A DNA stretch of 64,000 nucleotides. Origin: Octopus sinensis (taxonomy: Eukaryota). The position numbers were made by a program, and so were the translations under genes. This document shows, one piece after another, positions 23,701 to 36,546 of this stretch. Location: the NCBI RefSeq assembly GCF_006345805.1, contig NC_043008.1, positions 31,496,001-31,560,000 of the forward strand, read 5' to 3'. The notes beneath the pieces were generated by a model that worked only from the letters and a program-made list of their open reading frames with translations, was not told the DNA's origin and ran no database searches. Positions within the stretch are counted from its first letter, which is position 1, and each line of letters starts with the position of its first letter.

Positions 23701-24623
23701 AACACGCATATATATATACGCAAATACACACATATATATATACACACATACACACATATATTCACACATATATAGACCTCAGTCTTATTTTTCGATTCTA
23801 ATGTACTTGTTACTGCCCTTGGTAGTTGTTAGTCTCCATGGGACTTCAGCTGTACAATATATCTAACTTGTATATATCGTTCATCGTTACCGACCATTTT
23901 ATAAAGAGAATATCTCTATTAGACCCGACTTTCGCAATTGCAACCTCGTTCGTGCTCACTTCATTTGTATTTTCGCACTTAATCCACATTTTGCGTTCAA
24001 CACTTGCTCCAAATATTTCATCAAATCCCACACAAACCTTTTCTTTTTACACAGAATTACTAACATGTATTTTCTGCAATCTTTTGCTTCCTCATATATA
24101 TTAAATAAAACCCTTTATTACACCGAAAGAGAGACCTCCCACTTCACACGCTTTATGTGTGGTCTTAGGTCCTTCATTGACAACTCAAAGTCTGTCTCCG
24201 CACTACTTTTAGTTTCCTTATTCTCACGGAGAGGCAACAATACGTTTATTATACTAACTACATTACTTAGTATTTTTCCAGAACTACGTTAGGGAGTGTA
24301 ACACCCTCTTTACTATTTAATATCTTACTGCACTTTCTATGTCTTTTACAGACACCATGGTGCAGTCAGGCCTTATTTTGAATGAAACTTAATGCATCAG
24401 CATGGTCTTCTATTTCGTCTTTCTGTTAGTATTTTCGTTTGTACGATATTTCCTCCGCATTTATGCTGTTGAGACGTTGACATTATCATTTTATTATTGT
24501 TTCTGACGCACTTTGCATACTGTCGCCATATCTGAAAAGTCAGATACGGCACTTTATACCTTCATTGACAGTTGCCATGAACCTCCGTGGACCCCGGCCA
24601 ATATACACTTTGAGCCGTTAACA

Positions 24624-24676
<53 letters not shown>

Positions 24677-25704
24677 CTATCTCTCTCTCTGTAACTTAGC
24701 GGTTCGGCGAAAAGATTTCCGATAGAATAAAGTATCAGGCTTTAAAAAAATAAGTACTGGGGTTTAATGACTGAAATAGAAAAAAGATAAAGGATGTATA
24801 TATATATATATATGTCGCAGATTTTTTATTCCTGGACCCAGAATATGTCCTACCCCATATCAGCGCTAATCGAACAGACATGCAATCAAAGAGTTTTCAT
24901 CCGCTATAGTATTTTTGTTTATCCAAGTCAGCATTATCAAAAGCGAGCTTAACTTTCTGAGACAGTAGGATATGATTTGAGGGAAATTTGGCTGCTACTT
25001 TTAACAAATCAAGGTCACCAAACTGACTCACATAACTATCGCTGCTGTTGCTGCTTAGCATTAGGTTTTCTGGATTAAACAAATTTATGATAAACAACTG
25101 TTTAATATCATCTCTTTTATAAAGACATAGTATATCCGGTACCGGCATTATTCACTACGTCTTTCCTCAGAGCCTTTCAATTTGGGGTTCAGGTGACGCA
25201 TAGATACAGGGACTTATAGAGAGATGCGGAAACATAATAAAGGGCTTCGTGAATTTCTGAGGTAAAGGAGACCCATCCACTTCGCAAATGGAGCTCAAAA
25301 GCAACTTCGTTTCACCTTGAAAAATCTCTCTTAGTGGCTCTGGCTATGTTCTTTTTAAGACGGTAAGCTGTAAGTTCAGAGAGATTTAGTTGCTTTTTCT
25401 AACAGATACAACGACCACATAGTGTCCTCTCCATTGTTTTTAGTAGTGTCGTTATTGTTGGTGGTAATGTATTTGTCATTCATCTACATTTTGGGGAAGA
25501 GGTTAGTCGATTATATCGACCCCAGTGTTCAGCTGGTACTTCTTTTATCGATTCCGAAAGGATGAAAGGCAAAATCAGTCTCGGTGGAATTTGAAATCAG
25601 AACACAAAGCCAGAAGAAATGATGTTAACCAATTCTTCCAGCGTGCAAACGATTCTACAAGCTCGATTCCTTGCATTTTATAGATATTGGTTTCAAATTT
25701 TGGA

Positions 25705-26262
25705 ATAAGGCCAGCAATTTCGGGGGCGGCGTAAGTCGACTACATCGAACCCGGTGCCCAGCTAGTACTTATTTTATCGACCCCGAAAAGTCGAAAACAA
25801 GAGTAGACCTCTGCGGAATTTGAACTCAGAACACATAACCAGAAGAAATACCTATTTCTTTACTACCCACAAGGGGCTAAACACAGAGGAGACAAACAAA
25901 GACAGACAGACGGATTAAGTCGATTATATCGACCCCAGTGCGTAACTGGTACTTAATTTATCGACCCCGTAAGGATGAAGGGCAAAGTCGACCTCGGCGG
26001 AATTTGAACTCAGAACGCAGCGGCAGACGAAATACCTATTTGTTTGCTACCCAAAAGAGGCTAAACACAGAGAGGACAAACAAGGACAGACAAACGGATT
26101 AAGTCGATTACATCGACCCCAGTGCGTAACTAGTACTTAATTTATCGACCCCGAAAAGGCAAAGTCGACCTCAGCGGAATTTGAACTCAGAACATAGCGG
26201 CAGACGAAATACCGCTAAGCGTTTCGCCCGACGTGCTAACCATTCTGCCGGCTCGCCGCCTT
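25705..26262 (-). mobile_element. SINE family B trimeric head-to-tail array (unit about 184 bp)
   Basis: Junction GAAATACCTATTT at 25845 and 26029; head GAAATACCGCT at 26206. Confidence 0.9.
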
Positions 26263-27096
26263 ATTATTACGGTATCAGTATGGCTAGAATGCTTTTGATC
26301 ACAAATATGCTTTTGATCATGGTTCACCTGAGGTTAAGCAACAACTAAAACAACAATCAAATGCAAGAAAAGCTACTTTAATACATGTTAATTTGCAATA
26401 GTAAACAAGGCTGCGAGCTGGTAAAATGGTTAGCACGCCGGGAAAAGTTCTTGGCGACATTTCGTCCGTCTTTACATTCTGAGTTCAAGTTCCGCCGAGT
26501 TCGGCTTTGCTTTTGGTCCTTTCGAGGTCGATAAAATAAGTACCAGTCGAACATTAAGGTCAATATAATCGACTTACCCACTACCCCGAAATTGCTGGCA
26601 TTGTGCCAAAATGTGAAAGCAATATACAACAAAAATGATAAGGATTTCCTACATAGGCATGAGGCCATTCATATTGGCCAACAATTCTGAAGGTTGTATT
26701 TCTAAATTAGTACTTGACTAATATTTTTAGTTTTTTCGACTGCGAAAGGATAAAAGGCAACGTTGACCTCGGGTGGGATTTGAGCTCGGAGCATTAGAGA
26801 TAGAAGAAATATCGTAAGGCACTCTATTTGACGCTGTAACAAATGTGCCAATACATAACTCTACTAATAAGAATAACAATCCTTTGTGCTATAGGCACAG
26901 GGCCTGAAATTTTGGAGGAAGGGACTAGTCAATTACCATCGACTAGTACTTATTTTATCGACCCCGAAAGGGTGAGAGGTAAAATCGACCTCGTCGGAAT
27001 TCAAAGTCAGAATGTAAAGACGAACGAAATGCCGCCAAACATATTTGCTCGGCGTGCAAACGATTCTGCCAGCTCGCTGCCTTAATAATAATAATA

Positions 27097-27660
27097 ATAA
27101 TAAATGCCCTGATGCAGTACCAGGCAGTGGCTCTCTTGGCTTTTGATCTTAACTGATTGGAAGTGTTATCATGTACATTGTTTTGTCTTGGTATAAAAGA
27201 TGGGCTACAGCAAACATTCTGCTCAATACACAGATTTGCTTGTCAGTTGTTTGACTTTATCCAGTTGAGCATGTCCCTTAGTGGCTGACGATATGTGCAT
27301 CTCTGATCACGAGCAGAAGTAGTGGGGGAGCATCATAGCCATGTGTTGAGAGGGATTCTTTGGGGTTTGAATAATTCACCTCTGGAAACATGGGTGGTTC
27401 TTTCAACATCCTTAAACAACCCTTATTCAGGGACCTTTTGAGCGGGATGGGCTACTCAACCTGAAGAAAATTCTAACAGGGCCCCACCTGCAAGGTCATG
27501 TGCTGTTTATCTTGATATGAGATCACCATGTCGCGCACTATGGTTGTGATGCATGTGCCTGGTGTACCCTTATCAGACGGGTAGTCATGATGGGTATATT
27601 GGGCTTCGTATATTTTACCCCAGTGTCACTTTGATAGCATGAACTGCTCTCTCACTCAAT
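27097..27660 (+). mobile_element. Non-coding repeat of about 560 bp flanked by (TAA)n on both sides, probably a LINE 3-prime UTR derivative
   Basis: A second partial copy lies at 11215-11355 (reverse). Ends CTCTCTCACTC followed by (AAT)n. Confidence 0.6.
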
Positions 27661-27672
27661 AATAATAAAATA

Positions 27673-27742
<70 letters not shown>

Positions 27743-27868
27743 CCACTACCACCACTATCACAATAACTATCATCATTGTCACACTCTCTACTACTGTGAC
27801 TACACTACCACCATCAACACCATCATCATTGTAACTATAACAATAACAATAATCAATATTTACTACTG

Positions 27869-27910
<42 letters not shown>

Positions 27911-28318
27911 ACTACTACTACTACTTCTAAGAAAGGTCGAAAATAATAACAAAATCAAAATAATTATATAATTACAACGACAGCAATGTAAGCAATTCTA
28001 ACACTAGCCATTCCTTACATAGACAGACAGATACAATGTGTCTTTGTTTTGGAGGAAAAGATATTGCGTGATGGGGTCATGCCATTTTTAAGGGTTTTAA
28101 CGATTTATAAAGAAAGTGTAATGTCGGATTTGTGTTAACTGCGTGAACTAGAGAGAGAGGGGGGAATAGAGAGAGAGAGAGAGAGAGGGTGTAATAAGGA
28201 GAGGAAATGAGAAATAGAGATGTATTGATGTATGCGTGTGTGCGTGAGTGCAATGCAAGTGTGTATGAGTTCATACATGAATGTATGTGTGTGTATATAT
28301 ATGTATGTATATATATAT

Positions 28319-28369
<51 letters not shown>

Positions 28370-28469
28370 ATATATATATATATATATAATATACACATAA
28401 TACACACACACACACACACACATAATATATATATATATATACACATACATAACACACACACACATATTT

Positions 28470-28885
28470 GTGTGCACAGTAAGAATGTCGCTTCACAACC
28501 ACATGGTTTCGGGTTCAAGTCCACTGAGTGGCTCCTTAAGCGATTGTCTTCTACTATAGCCCCTGACCGACCAAACTCTTGTAAGTGAATTCGGTAGTGA
28601 GTGAAACACGTCGTATACTCATACATACATACATACATATATACATACATACATACATACATACATGCGTGAGTGTCTGCGTGTCTTTGTGTCTGTGTTC
28701 CACCACCACCACCTTGTCACCGGTGTTGGTTTGTTTACATCCCCGTAACTTAGTGGTTCAACAAAAGATATCTGTCAGACTAAGTTCTACTCTTAAAGTA
28801 CATTCGTCGATTTGTTTGACTAAAACCCTTCAAGGCCATGATCGAGCATGGCCGCAGTCCAATGTCTATGACAAGTAAACGGCAA
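28470..28885 (+). mobile_element. SINE family A
   Basis: Head and tail motifs as in the other copies. Confidence 0.8.
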
Positions 28886-28977
28886 AGATAAAATATATAG
28901 AGCATACGCATGTATTGATTTTTAGTTTTGTATGTTCGCACCTGTACGTGTATGTGTGTATATATTACACAGTTGGT

Positions 28978-29044
<67 letters not shown>

Positions 29045-29049
29045 GTAAA

Positions 29050-29172
29050 AAAAATACAAACTGGGACAAGAACGCAAAACATTTAGAAGACGATACAAAA
29101 AACACGGACGGGACTTTCGAAGCCTTCAATCTTTAGTCAAGAACCGGATCATCCTCGCAATTTCGGCTGATA
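29050..29172 (-). repeat. Short dispersed repeat between (TA)n tracts; related copy at 47733-47830 (+)
   Basis: Shared CAGCCGAAATT(T)GC..GATGAT..GACT(A/G)AAGATTGAAGGCTTCGAA. Confidence 0.7.
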
Positions 29173-29294
29173 TATATATATATACATACAGACATACATA
29201 TATATATATGTATAGGTATATATGATTTTTTTGTGTAATACGATAAAAAAAAGCCAAGGTTGTATAGATGATATTAGAGCATTTATAGATAGAG

Positions 29295-29349
29295 GTCTTA
29301 CAGCTGTTTCTAGAATATTAATTAATAATAATATCACTCCATCAGAGAC
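29295..29349 (-). ncRNA. Minimal type-I HHR-like motif with G at position 9 and an 8-nt palindromic helix III
   Basis: Reverse complement: GTCT|CTGATGG|AG(T)GATATT loop AATATTCT|A|GAAAC AGCT GTA^|AGAC. Confidence 0.6.
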
Positions 29350-29511
29350 GGTGTGAGAGGAAAAGTTAAGTCATAGTTGAACCCTTTATTCGCAATATTA
29401 CCGAATCTGGAACTTAACTATGGTCTGTCTATAGCACTTATTCAGCATTACCTGACACCTTTGGGTCTCAAATGACACCATTATCTCTTATATATATATA
29501 TATATTATATA

Positions 29512-29562
<51 letters not shown>

Positions 29563-29616
29563 TATATATATATATATATATATAATATATATATATTATA
29601 TATATATATATATACT

Positions 29617-29770
29617 GAAAAAAGGAGGATAATCATTAGTGCTTTCGTTCGTTTACGAACTCATCAAGACAAAATCAAAATGGACCATTTTGATTTTGTC
29701 TTCGTGAGTTCGTAAACAAACGAAGACGCTAATAAAGGATTATCCAAAATTCTGACTGCCTCCTTTTTTC
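29617..29770. mobile_element. Palindromic element of about 154 bp with an HHR-like core in each arm
   Basis: Arms centred on GACAAAATCAAAATGG/CCATTTTGATTTTGTC. Minus arm: TTGATGA GTTCG taaa CGAAC GAAAG CA CTA. The plus arm is more mutated but has CGCTA. Confidence 0.65.
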
Positions 29771-30236
29771 CAATATGCAATATCTGTACACAACTTCAAA
29801 CACTTTGTACACATGTGTGTGTGTGTGTGTGTGTGTAATATTCCGTAATGATTTTACTGACTCCAATATTCCCATTGTTCAAATAGTGTAACAGTTTATA
29901 TCTCACCCTCACAACTTACCCCAATAATGCAATATTTTCATATCAATTGTTTACTGATTTTTTTTCATGAGGGGAAAAAATCTTCCATCTGGCACGACGT
30001 GAGAAAATGAATATAGCAAGGAGACATTTGTGTTATTTTTGCTTTTCATGCCGTCGTAATCGTTGTAAATGACGCGGCGTTACGTTTTTTATCGCGCTCG
30101 CGACGGTGGTGTTGGTGCTGGTGGTTTAGGTGATGGTGTTCGCCGACGTGGTAGCAGAAGTGATGCGGTGGTGTGCGTATATACATATATGAGTATATAT
30201 ATATATAAGCATATACACATACACACTCACACACAC

Positions 30237-30270
<34 letters not shown>

Positions 30271-30274
30271 CTAT

Positions 30275-30324
<50 letters not shown>

Positions 30325-30423
30325 ACATATGTATACACATTTATATATACATACATATATATACATTATATGTAAATATATATTTGCATATTATGCATAT
30401 ATGTATATATATATTTTTCTGAA

Positions 30424-30470
<47 letters not shown>

Positions 30471-30534
30471 GCACTCAAAAATATATATACAAACATGCAT
30501 AATATGCACACGTATATATATATATATATATTAT

Positions 30535-30576
<42 letters not shown>

Positions 30577-30651
30577 AATGTATATATTATATATACAAAC
30601 ACGCATAATATGCACACACACACACACACAACACACACACACACCACACAC

Positions 30652-30689
<38 letters not shown>

Positions 30690-30719
30690 GCGTGTGCACG
30701 TGTGTGTGTGTATATACAT

Positions 30720-30874
30720 CAGTGGTTCCCAACCTGTAGTCCGCAAATGTATTACTGGCTGGGTGGGGTCTGTGAACATGTTAAGCTGACAGACCTTTCA
30801 ATATCCTGGGGTCCGTGGGAAAACTCATTTAAATAAAAGGGGGTCCTTGGTAGTGAAAAGATTGGGAACCACTG
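30720..30874. mobile_element. hAT MITE, intact ends
   Basis: CAGTGGTTCCCAA / TTGGGAACCACTG TIRs; perfect 8-bp TSD ATATACAT. Confidence 0.95.
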
Positions 30875-31177
30875 ATATACATACTAAGTAGGTGTTGAAA
30901 ACCTTCACAAACATGATACTGCTGCCGTCTTTATTCTTTCTCCCTTCTTATATAATCTGATGCTGAGGAATTTCGTGTAGTTCTTTTCTTACTTTTTATT
31001 TATGAATCTTCTTTTGTTGCTGCGTAGCTTTGACCTCACCCTATTCCAATATGGCGGCCCTAAAAGTAATTAGAACGGCTTCGTTTGCCTTGCATCGTTC
31101 ATCACTATATCAATTTTCGGGCAACGGGAATTTTGAAAAAATCAAACAACAATACCAACAAAACAGTTACGTGCGTG

Positions 31178-31255
<78 letters not shown>

Positions 31256-31639
31256 CACACACACACACGCACGCACACACACACATAAACACATGCACAT
31301 ATCCTGCCACTAATTTTACCGAGCGAAATTATTAGTGGTTTTTGATATGTTCGTGCGACCATCGTTACTTGCCAACTTTACTCTGTACATCCGGTTTCGA
31401 TCCTGCTTTCCGAGGCTGTTATAGCTTCAATGTACAAAGGCATCTATCTACTCGATGGTCCGATTAAATGACCACAAACTAAAATCATTTTGAATCGCCA
31501 GTTAGATTCGCATGTATGTTGTCTCTTATTACTACTGTATAATTTCTTTTTCTCATTCTTTTCCTTTTTTGAAACTTTACTGCCGAAACTATAGTTGCAA
31601 AGAAGTATCCGTTCGAACTGGGACTCAAAGAAGGAAACC

Positions 31640-32095
31640 ACATCGGCTTATACAGATGGTGTCATCATAATGTTGTCGACTATTACGGAGATTAAGATGA
31701 TCGGCACAGCTCTAAAGGAACACAAGACTGTGTCTGGAACATAAATTAACAAATTAATCCGCAGTTCTAAAGGAACATGAGGTTGTGACAGGAACATAAA
31801 TTAATGTCAATTAACCCGGAAAGATGGTAGGCTTGCAATTCACACTTGGGGAGTCTAGTCTAAACCGCTAACCAGCTTCATGAGGTGCTAGATTGACGGA
31901 CCCGGTCGGGTTGCATAGAACCATTTCTGGTCTGTTCCGGTCCGGATCACCATCCAGAGGTACAGGAACTAATAAAGATTATGAGCATGGTGATGAGCCT
32001 CACACTGAAGTGTGAGGAAGCTATATCTGAAAGATCGGGCAGAATTTACGAACGCGTATAATGTCTTCAACATATATACCGCTTTACTCGATTAA
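31640..32095 (+). pseudogene. L1/Tx1-clade RT C-terminal fragment with a diverged 55-bp internal tandem duplication
   Basis: SAYTDGV (YADD-like), GTALKEHKTVSGT*IN, GPV..GPD, KLYLKDRAEFTNAY. Duplicated segment at 31707 and 31762. Confidence 0.6.
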
Positions 32096-34109
32096 CACAT
32101 GCCCTCTATAATTCTTAATAGTTCTGCTTCACAATATTTGGTTGTCTTAGTTTAGATCCTGATTTCAAATCCCATCCAAGTGAATTTTGCCTTTCATACT
32201 TCCAGGGTCGATAAACTAAGTCTCAATGTATAAACTGAGGACTTCATCAATTATATACCCCTTCTATTCAAAAACGTGTTCCCTTGCTTCTGTATTGATT
32301 TCAAATTTTGGCACAAGGCTAGCAATTTCGGGCAGGGGCATAAGTCGATGACATCGACCGCATTGTTCAACTGGTACTTATTTTATCGACCCTGAAAGGA
32401 TGAAAGGCAGAGTAAACCTCCGCAGAATTTTAGCTCGGACAGTAAAAACGGACGAAATGCCGCTAAGCATTCCACCCGCTCGCCGCCTACCCTTGATGCT
32501 ATACTCTTTTCTACTCTAGGTACAAGGCCCAAAATTCTTGGAGAGGGGCCAGTCGATTAGATCGACCCCTGTACGCAACTGGTACTCAACTTATCGACCC
32601 TGAAAGGGATGAAAGGTAAAGTCGACCTCGGCGGAATTTGAACTCAGAACGAAATACCGCTAAGCATTTCGCCTGGCGTGCTAACGTCTCTGCCAGTTCA
32701 CCACCTTCTCTTGATTCTATATTAGAAATTTTGTATATGTTCGATGACAATGTCAATAGTACTCCCCCGAAAAATAAGAAACGATTCTTTATATAATTTT
32801 ATAGCCCATACCCTTGTAGTTCTGAGTTTACTTTCTATTTCTCTGGAGTTCATAAAATAGGTTTGTTCTACAAAAAGTTGTTGTGTTTGTCAATAAGAAA
32901 CTTTTCTGCTTTGAAGCAGAATTCATGTAAATACTCATATCAAACACATATGAAAAATATATTATAGTGTATCTGTTAAAACCATGGCATTCGTAAAAAA
33001 GGAACTGACAACAGTGTTTTAAGTCCCTAGGGTTTCAGATGTAGGTCTGAAACTTTGCTAATCTCATTCTTAAATTTGTCACTGTTTAATAACAGTAGCA
33101 ACGATAAACCAAGACGGAAACCTCTACGTGGCCGCTCGTTCTGCTAGAAATACCAACCAAATTGACCTCAATCTACTTATGTCACACAAAAGGGAAAGAC
33201 ACATTGAACACGAACACCATCTCTAAAAAAAAAATGTGGTCGCAGCCAGAATGATCATATATTTTATGGAGAATTGCTGACCTGGAACTAAACTGCAAAA
33301 GCACCAATATCAACGGGTTCGGGATTCATAGGAAACTAATAAGGTTACTAAGCATTCGTTTCCTTCTTGTTAACACAAGTTTGGAAAATTGCGGTCATAA
33401 CACAGTTGATCACGTGATGTATGTTTACAGATTCATCACTCGATCGACAAACTTTCCATAGATGACAAGTTAGTCGAGGAAAGATACCCCAGAGAATATT
33501 CTGCCTGCTAAATATAAATTCTGTAGGGTACCACAGTTATGTTTAAGTGTTGATGTTTTTCTTGAAATAACTCAGCAATTTCTCAACGAAACTTTACCAA
33601 AATTTGCTAACATACCTGAAATCTTCCCAGAATAATGCGTGAAGGAAAAGAAAAACAGGGTCGAAGTTCTTTCTTAAGTAATATCCATATGTTTCAAGGC
33701 GGCGAGCTGACGAATCGTCAGCACGCCGAGCAAAATACTTAGTCTCATTTCGTCCGCCTTCACGTTCTGAGTTCAAATTCCGCCCAGGTCGACTTTGCCT
33801 TTCCTCTTTTCGGGGAGTCGATGAAATAAGTACCAGTTGAACATTGGGGTCGATGGGATCAACTTAACCCCGAACTTGCTGGCCTTTTACCAAAGTTTGA
33901 AACCATATCCCTACATTTCCTACTGTGATGCTCGGCCGGGGTCACATACACATTTGGCGTATTTGTATATTTGTGTTTGTCCCCCGTCCACTGCTTGACA
34001 ACCACCAGTGTTGGTTTGTTTACGTCACTATAACTTAGTGGTTCCGCAAAAGAGTACCAAAATTATAAATATGTACTGCGGTCGATCTGTTCGGTTCAAC
34101 TAATCCTTT

Positions 34110-34475
34110 CAGAACAGAAGCTTGCTCACTAACCACATGATTCCGCATTCAGTCCCACTGCGTTGCACCTTGGGCAGTTGTCTTCTACTTTAGCCTCGGG
34201 CCGACTAAAGCCTTGTGAGTGGATTTGGTAGATGGAAACTGAAAGAAGCCCGTCGTGTATACACACATACACACATATATGTGTGTGTGTCAGTGTTTGT
34301 CCTTGACAACCGATGCTGGTATGTTTATGGTCCCGTAACCTAATGGTTCGGCAAAATAAACCAATAAAATAAGTACTCGGCTTATAAAGAATAAGTCGAT
34401 TTCTTCAACTATAACCCTTTAAGGCGGTGCTCCAGCATGGCCGCAATCAAATGACTGAAACAAGTAAAAGAATAC
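34110..34475 (+). mobile_element. SINE family A
   Basis: Head and tail motifs as in the other copies. Confidence 0.85.
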
Positions 34476-34837
34476 AAGAATAACCCACAGTTTCGGAACG
34501 TATCTCTGAAAACTGTTACAAAAATAGATAATTAATATATTGTCAGGAAGTAAAATCAGTAGTGCAGTACTAAACGGTGGCTATACTCCAAAACGTGCGC
34601 AGTTAGGAGGAAACAAAGTCACAACACTAAAATGTAGTTTATAAATTGTTATTTTCATGCAGTTTGCCGAGTTCGAAGGTGATGCACCTTTCACTTTATA
34701 TATTAAATACCGTATGGGTTCCTTGGAACCTCGAATTAAATTCAGACAATACTCTTGTCATTCTAAACAATAAAGGCAATATCAAATACTATTTTCCTAG
34801 ATATCAGGTTTCATATAGTTCAGTTGTGCTTTCTAAT

Positions 34838-36546
34838 ATGCCTAGACGCGAAAACCTGAGTAAAGACTCGAAAAGGTTACTGGAATTAGATGAAGAATGG
34901 GAAGAAGATAGTAGTGATTTCTTCTGTTGCTCTGAAGATGATGGTGAAAGTGATTGGGTGCTGGACAATTTAGATTCTGTGTCATCAGATGATGAAGATA
35001 CTCAAAAACAATTATCTGCAAGCCACCCAATTATGAATGAGCAATATGTTTCTAGAGACAAACAAGAAGTCTGTCATTTTAAACTTCTTACTCAAGCAGC
35101 AGTAAGAACTTCATCTTGGAGTATTGTACGCAAAGAATGTGGACCATCCCATTTTGATAAAAGGTCTTGCCATAGCATTGAAACATGTTTTTCTATCTTT
35201 ATGCGCCAGAATCTTCTTGAAGCAATTCGTAAATGGACAAATGTTGAAGGCCAGGTTGTTTACAAAGATAAATGGAAGGAAATTGATCACTCTGAACTAA
35301 AGAAATTTATTGAACTGATTATTCTTATAGGTGTTTATAAATCTAAACATGAAAGTGTCATACAGTTGTGGAATCAAGAAGATGGCTGCCCAATATTCAA
35401 CAAAATTATGATCCGGGGAAGATTTCAACAGATTTTACAAGTATTGCGTTTTGATGATGCTAGTGCAAGAAGAAAAACAGAGAAGTGATGATAAATTGGA
35501 GCCCATAAGAGAATTATTTGAAATGTGGAACCAGAATTTGCATGATGGATATGTTCCAAGTTCATGCATGACAGTTGAACAATTTGTTTCATTCAGAGGG
35601 CGCTGCCCATTCTGGGTATATATTCCTTCAAAACCAGGAAAATATGGAATTAAAATTTGGGCAATATGCGACAGTGAAACATCTTATGCCTGGAAAATGC
35701 AAATTTACACTAGAGAAGACCCAGTAAAAAGGAGAGAGAGACAAATCAAGGTTCAAGAGTTGTTGAAGACTTAGTAAAAGAACTTGAAAATACTGGTTGC
35801 AATATAACTTGTGATAATTTTTTTACAAGTCTAGGATTGGCTCGAAAGCTGCTTAGCAAAAAAACTCCTTCAGTAGAAACAATTAGAAAGATCAGGGTTG
35901 AACGTCCAAGTGCTTTCTCAAATGGAAAAGAAAGAGAAATCAACAGCACAATATTTGGTTTTCAAAAGGATTCTATGATCCTGTCTTACTGTCCCAAGAA
36001 AAATTATGTACACTTATGAGTACAATGCACTCTCAGCCTTCAATTGATTCAAAAAGTGCTGAAAAGAAACCTGAAGTTATTACATGTTACAACAAAATAA
36101 AAGGAGGAGTAGATACTCTAGATAAGATGGTAAGGACATACATTTGTAAAAGAGTGACTCGAAGATGGCCTATGGGTATATTCTACAATATGATTGATAT
36201 AAGTGCAGTGAATACTTTCATTGTTGCTAAACATCTTCACTTGCAAAGCTTCAAGGATAAAAGAATACAGTGCTTAATTCAGTTAGGAAAGGGACTTGCT
36301 GGAATTAATGCTAAACAAGAACATGACAAACAATCTTCTAGTTCTGCTAACATCTCTCAACCAAACAAGAAAAGAAAACGATCTTCAATCTCATTTGAGA
36401 TTCCTCAACCAAAGCAAAAAGGAAGATGCTCTTTGTGTGGCCCAAAAATAAACAGGAAATCTCGTACTACATGTAAGTATTGTAATATCCATGTTTGCCA
36501 AGAACATTCCAATGTTGTCTGCATTCACTGCCATGAAGAGTTGTAA
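34838..36546 (+). pseudogene. piggyBac (PGBD4-like) transposase, frameshifted; the element extends to about 36799
   Basis: Acidic N-terminus; RFQQILQVLRFDD; FRGRCPF..PSKPGKYGIKIW; ITCDNFFTS; YNKIKGGVDTLDKMV..RRWP; C-terminal CxxC..CxxC..VCxxH..CxxC domain. Right end GGTAGACCAAGGG|TTAA (36800-36803). At least 3 frameshifts; left TIR not clean. Confidence 0.92.

Noticed and set aside
23780-24580. Possible very old LINE RT on the minus strand
   Set aside because: Only hints such as FNIY; not supportable without a profile search.
24897-25148. 83-aa ORF as a host exon
   Set aside because: It overlaps a dispersed repeat (family C) segment and has no domain similarity I recognise.
25845-25860. GAAATACCTATTT junction of SINE-B arrays as an HHR helix III
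   Set aside because: There is no CUGANGA or stem II on either strand.
29050-29172. CTGAAGA..GAAGGCTTCGAA motif (also at 47765) as an HHR
   Set aside because: The stem II loop is too short, GAAA is not conserved between copies, and there is no helix III or stem I.
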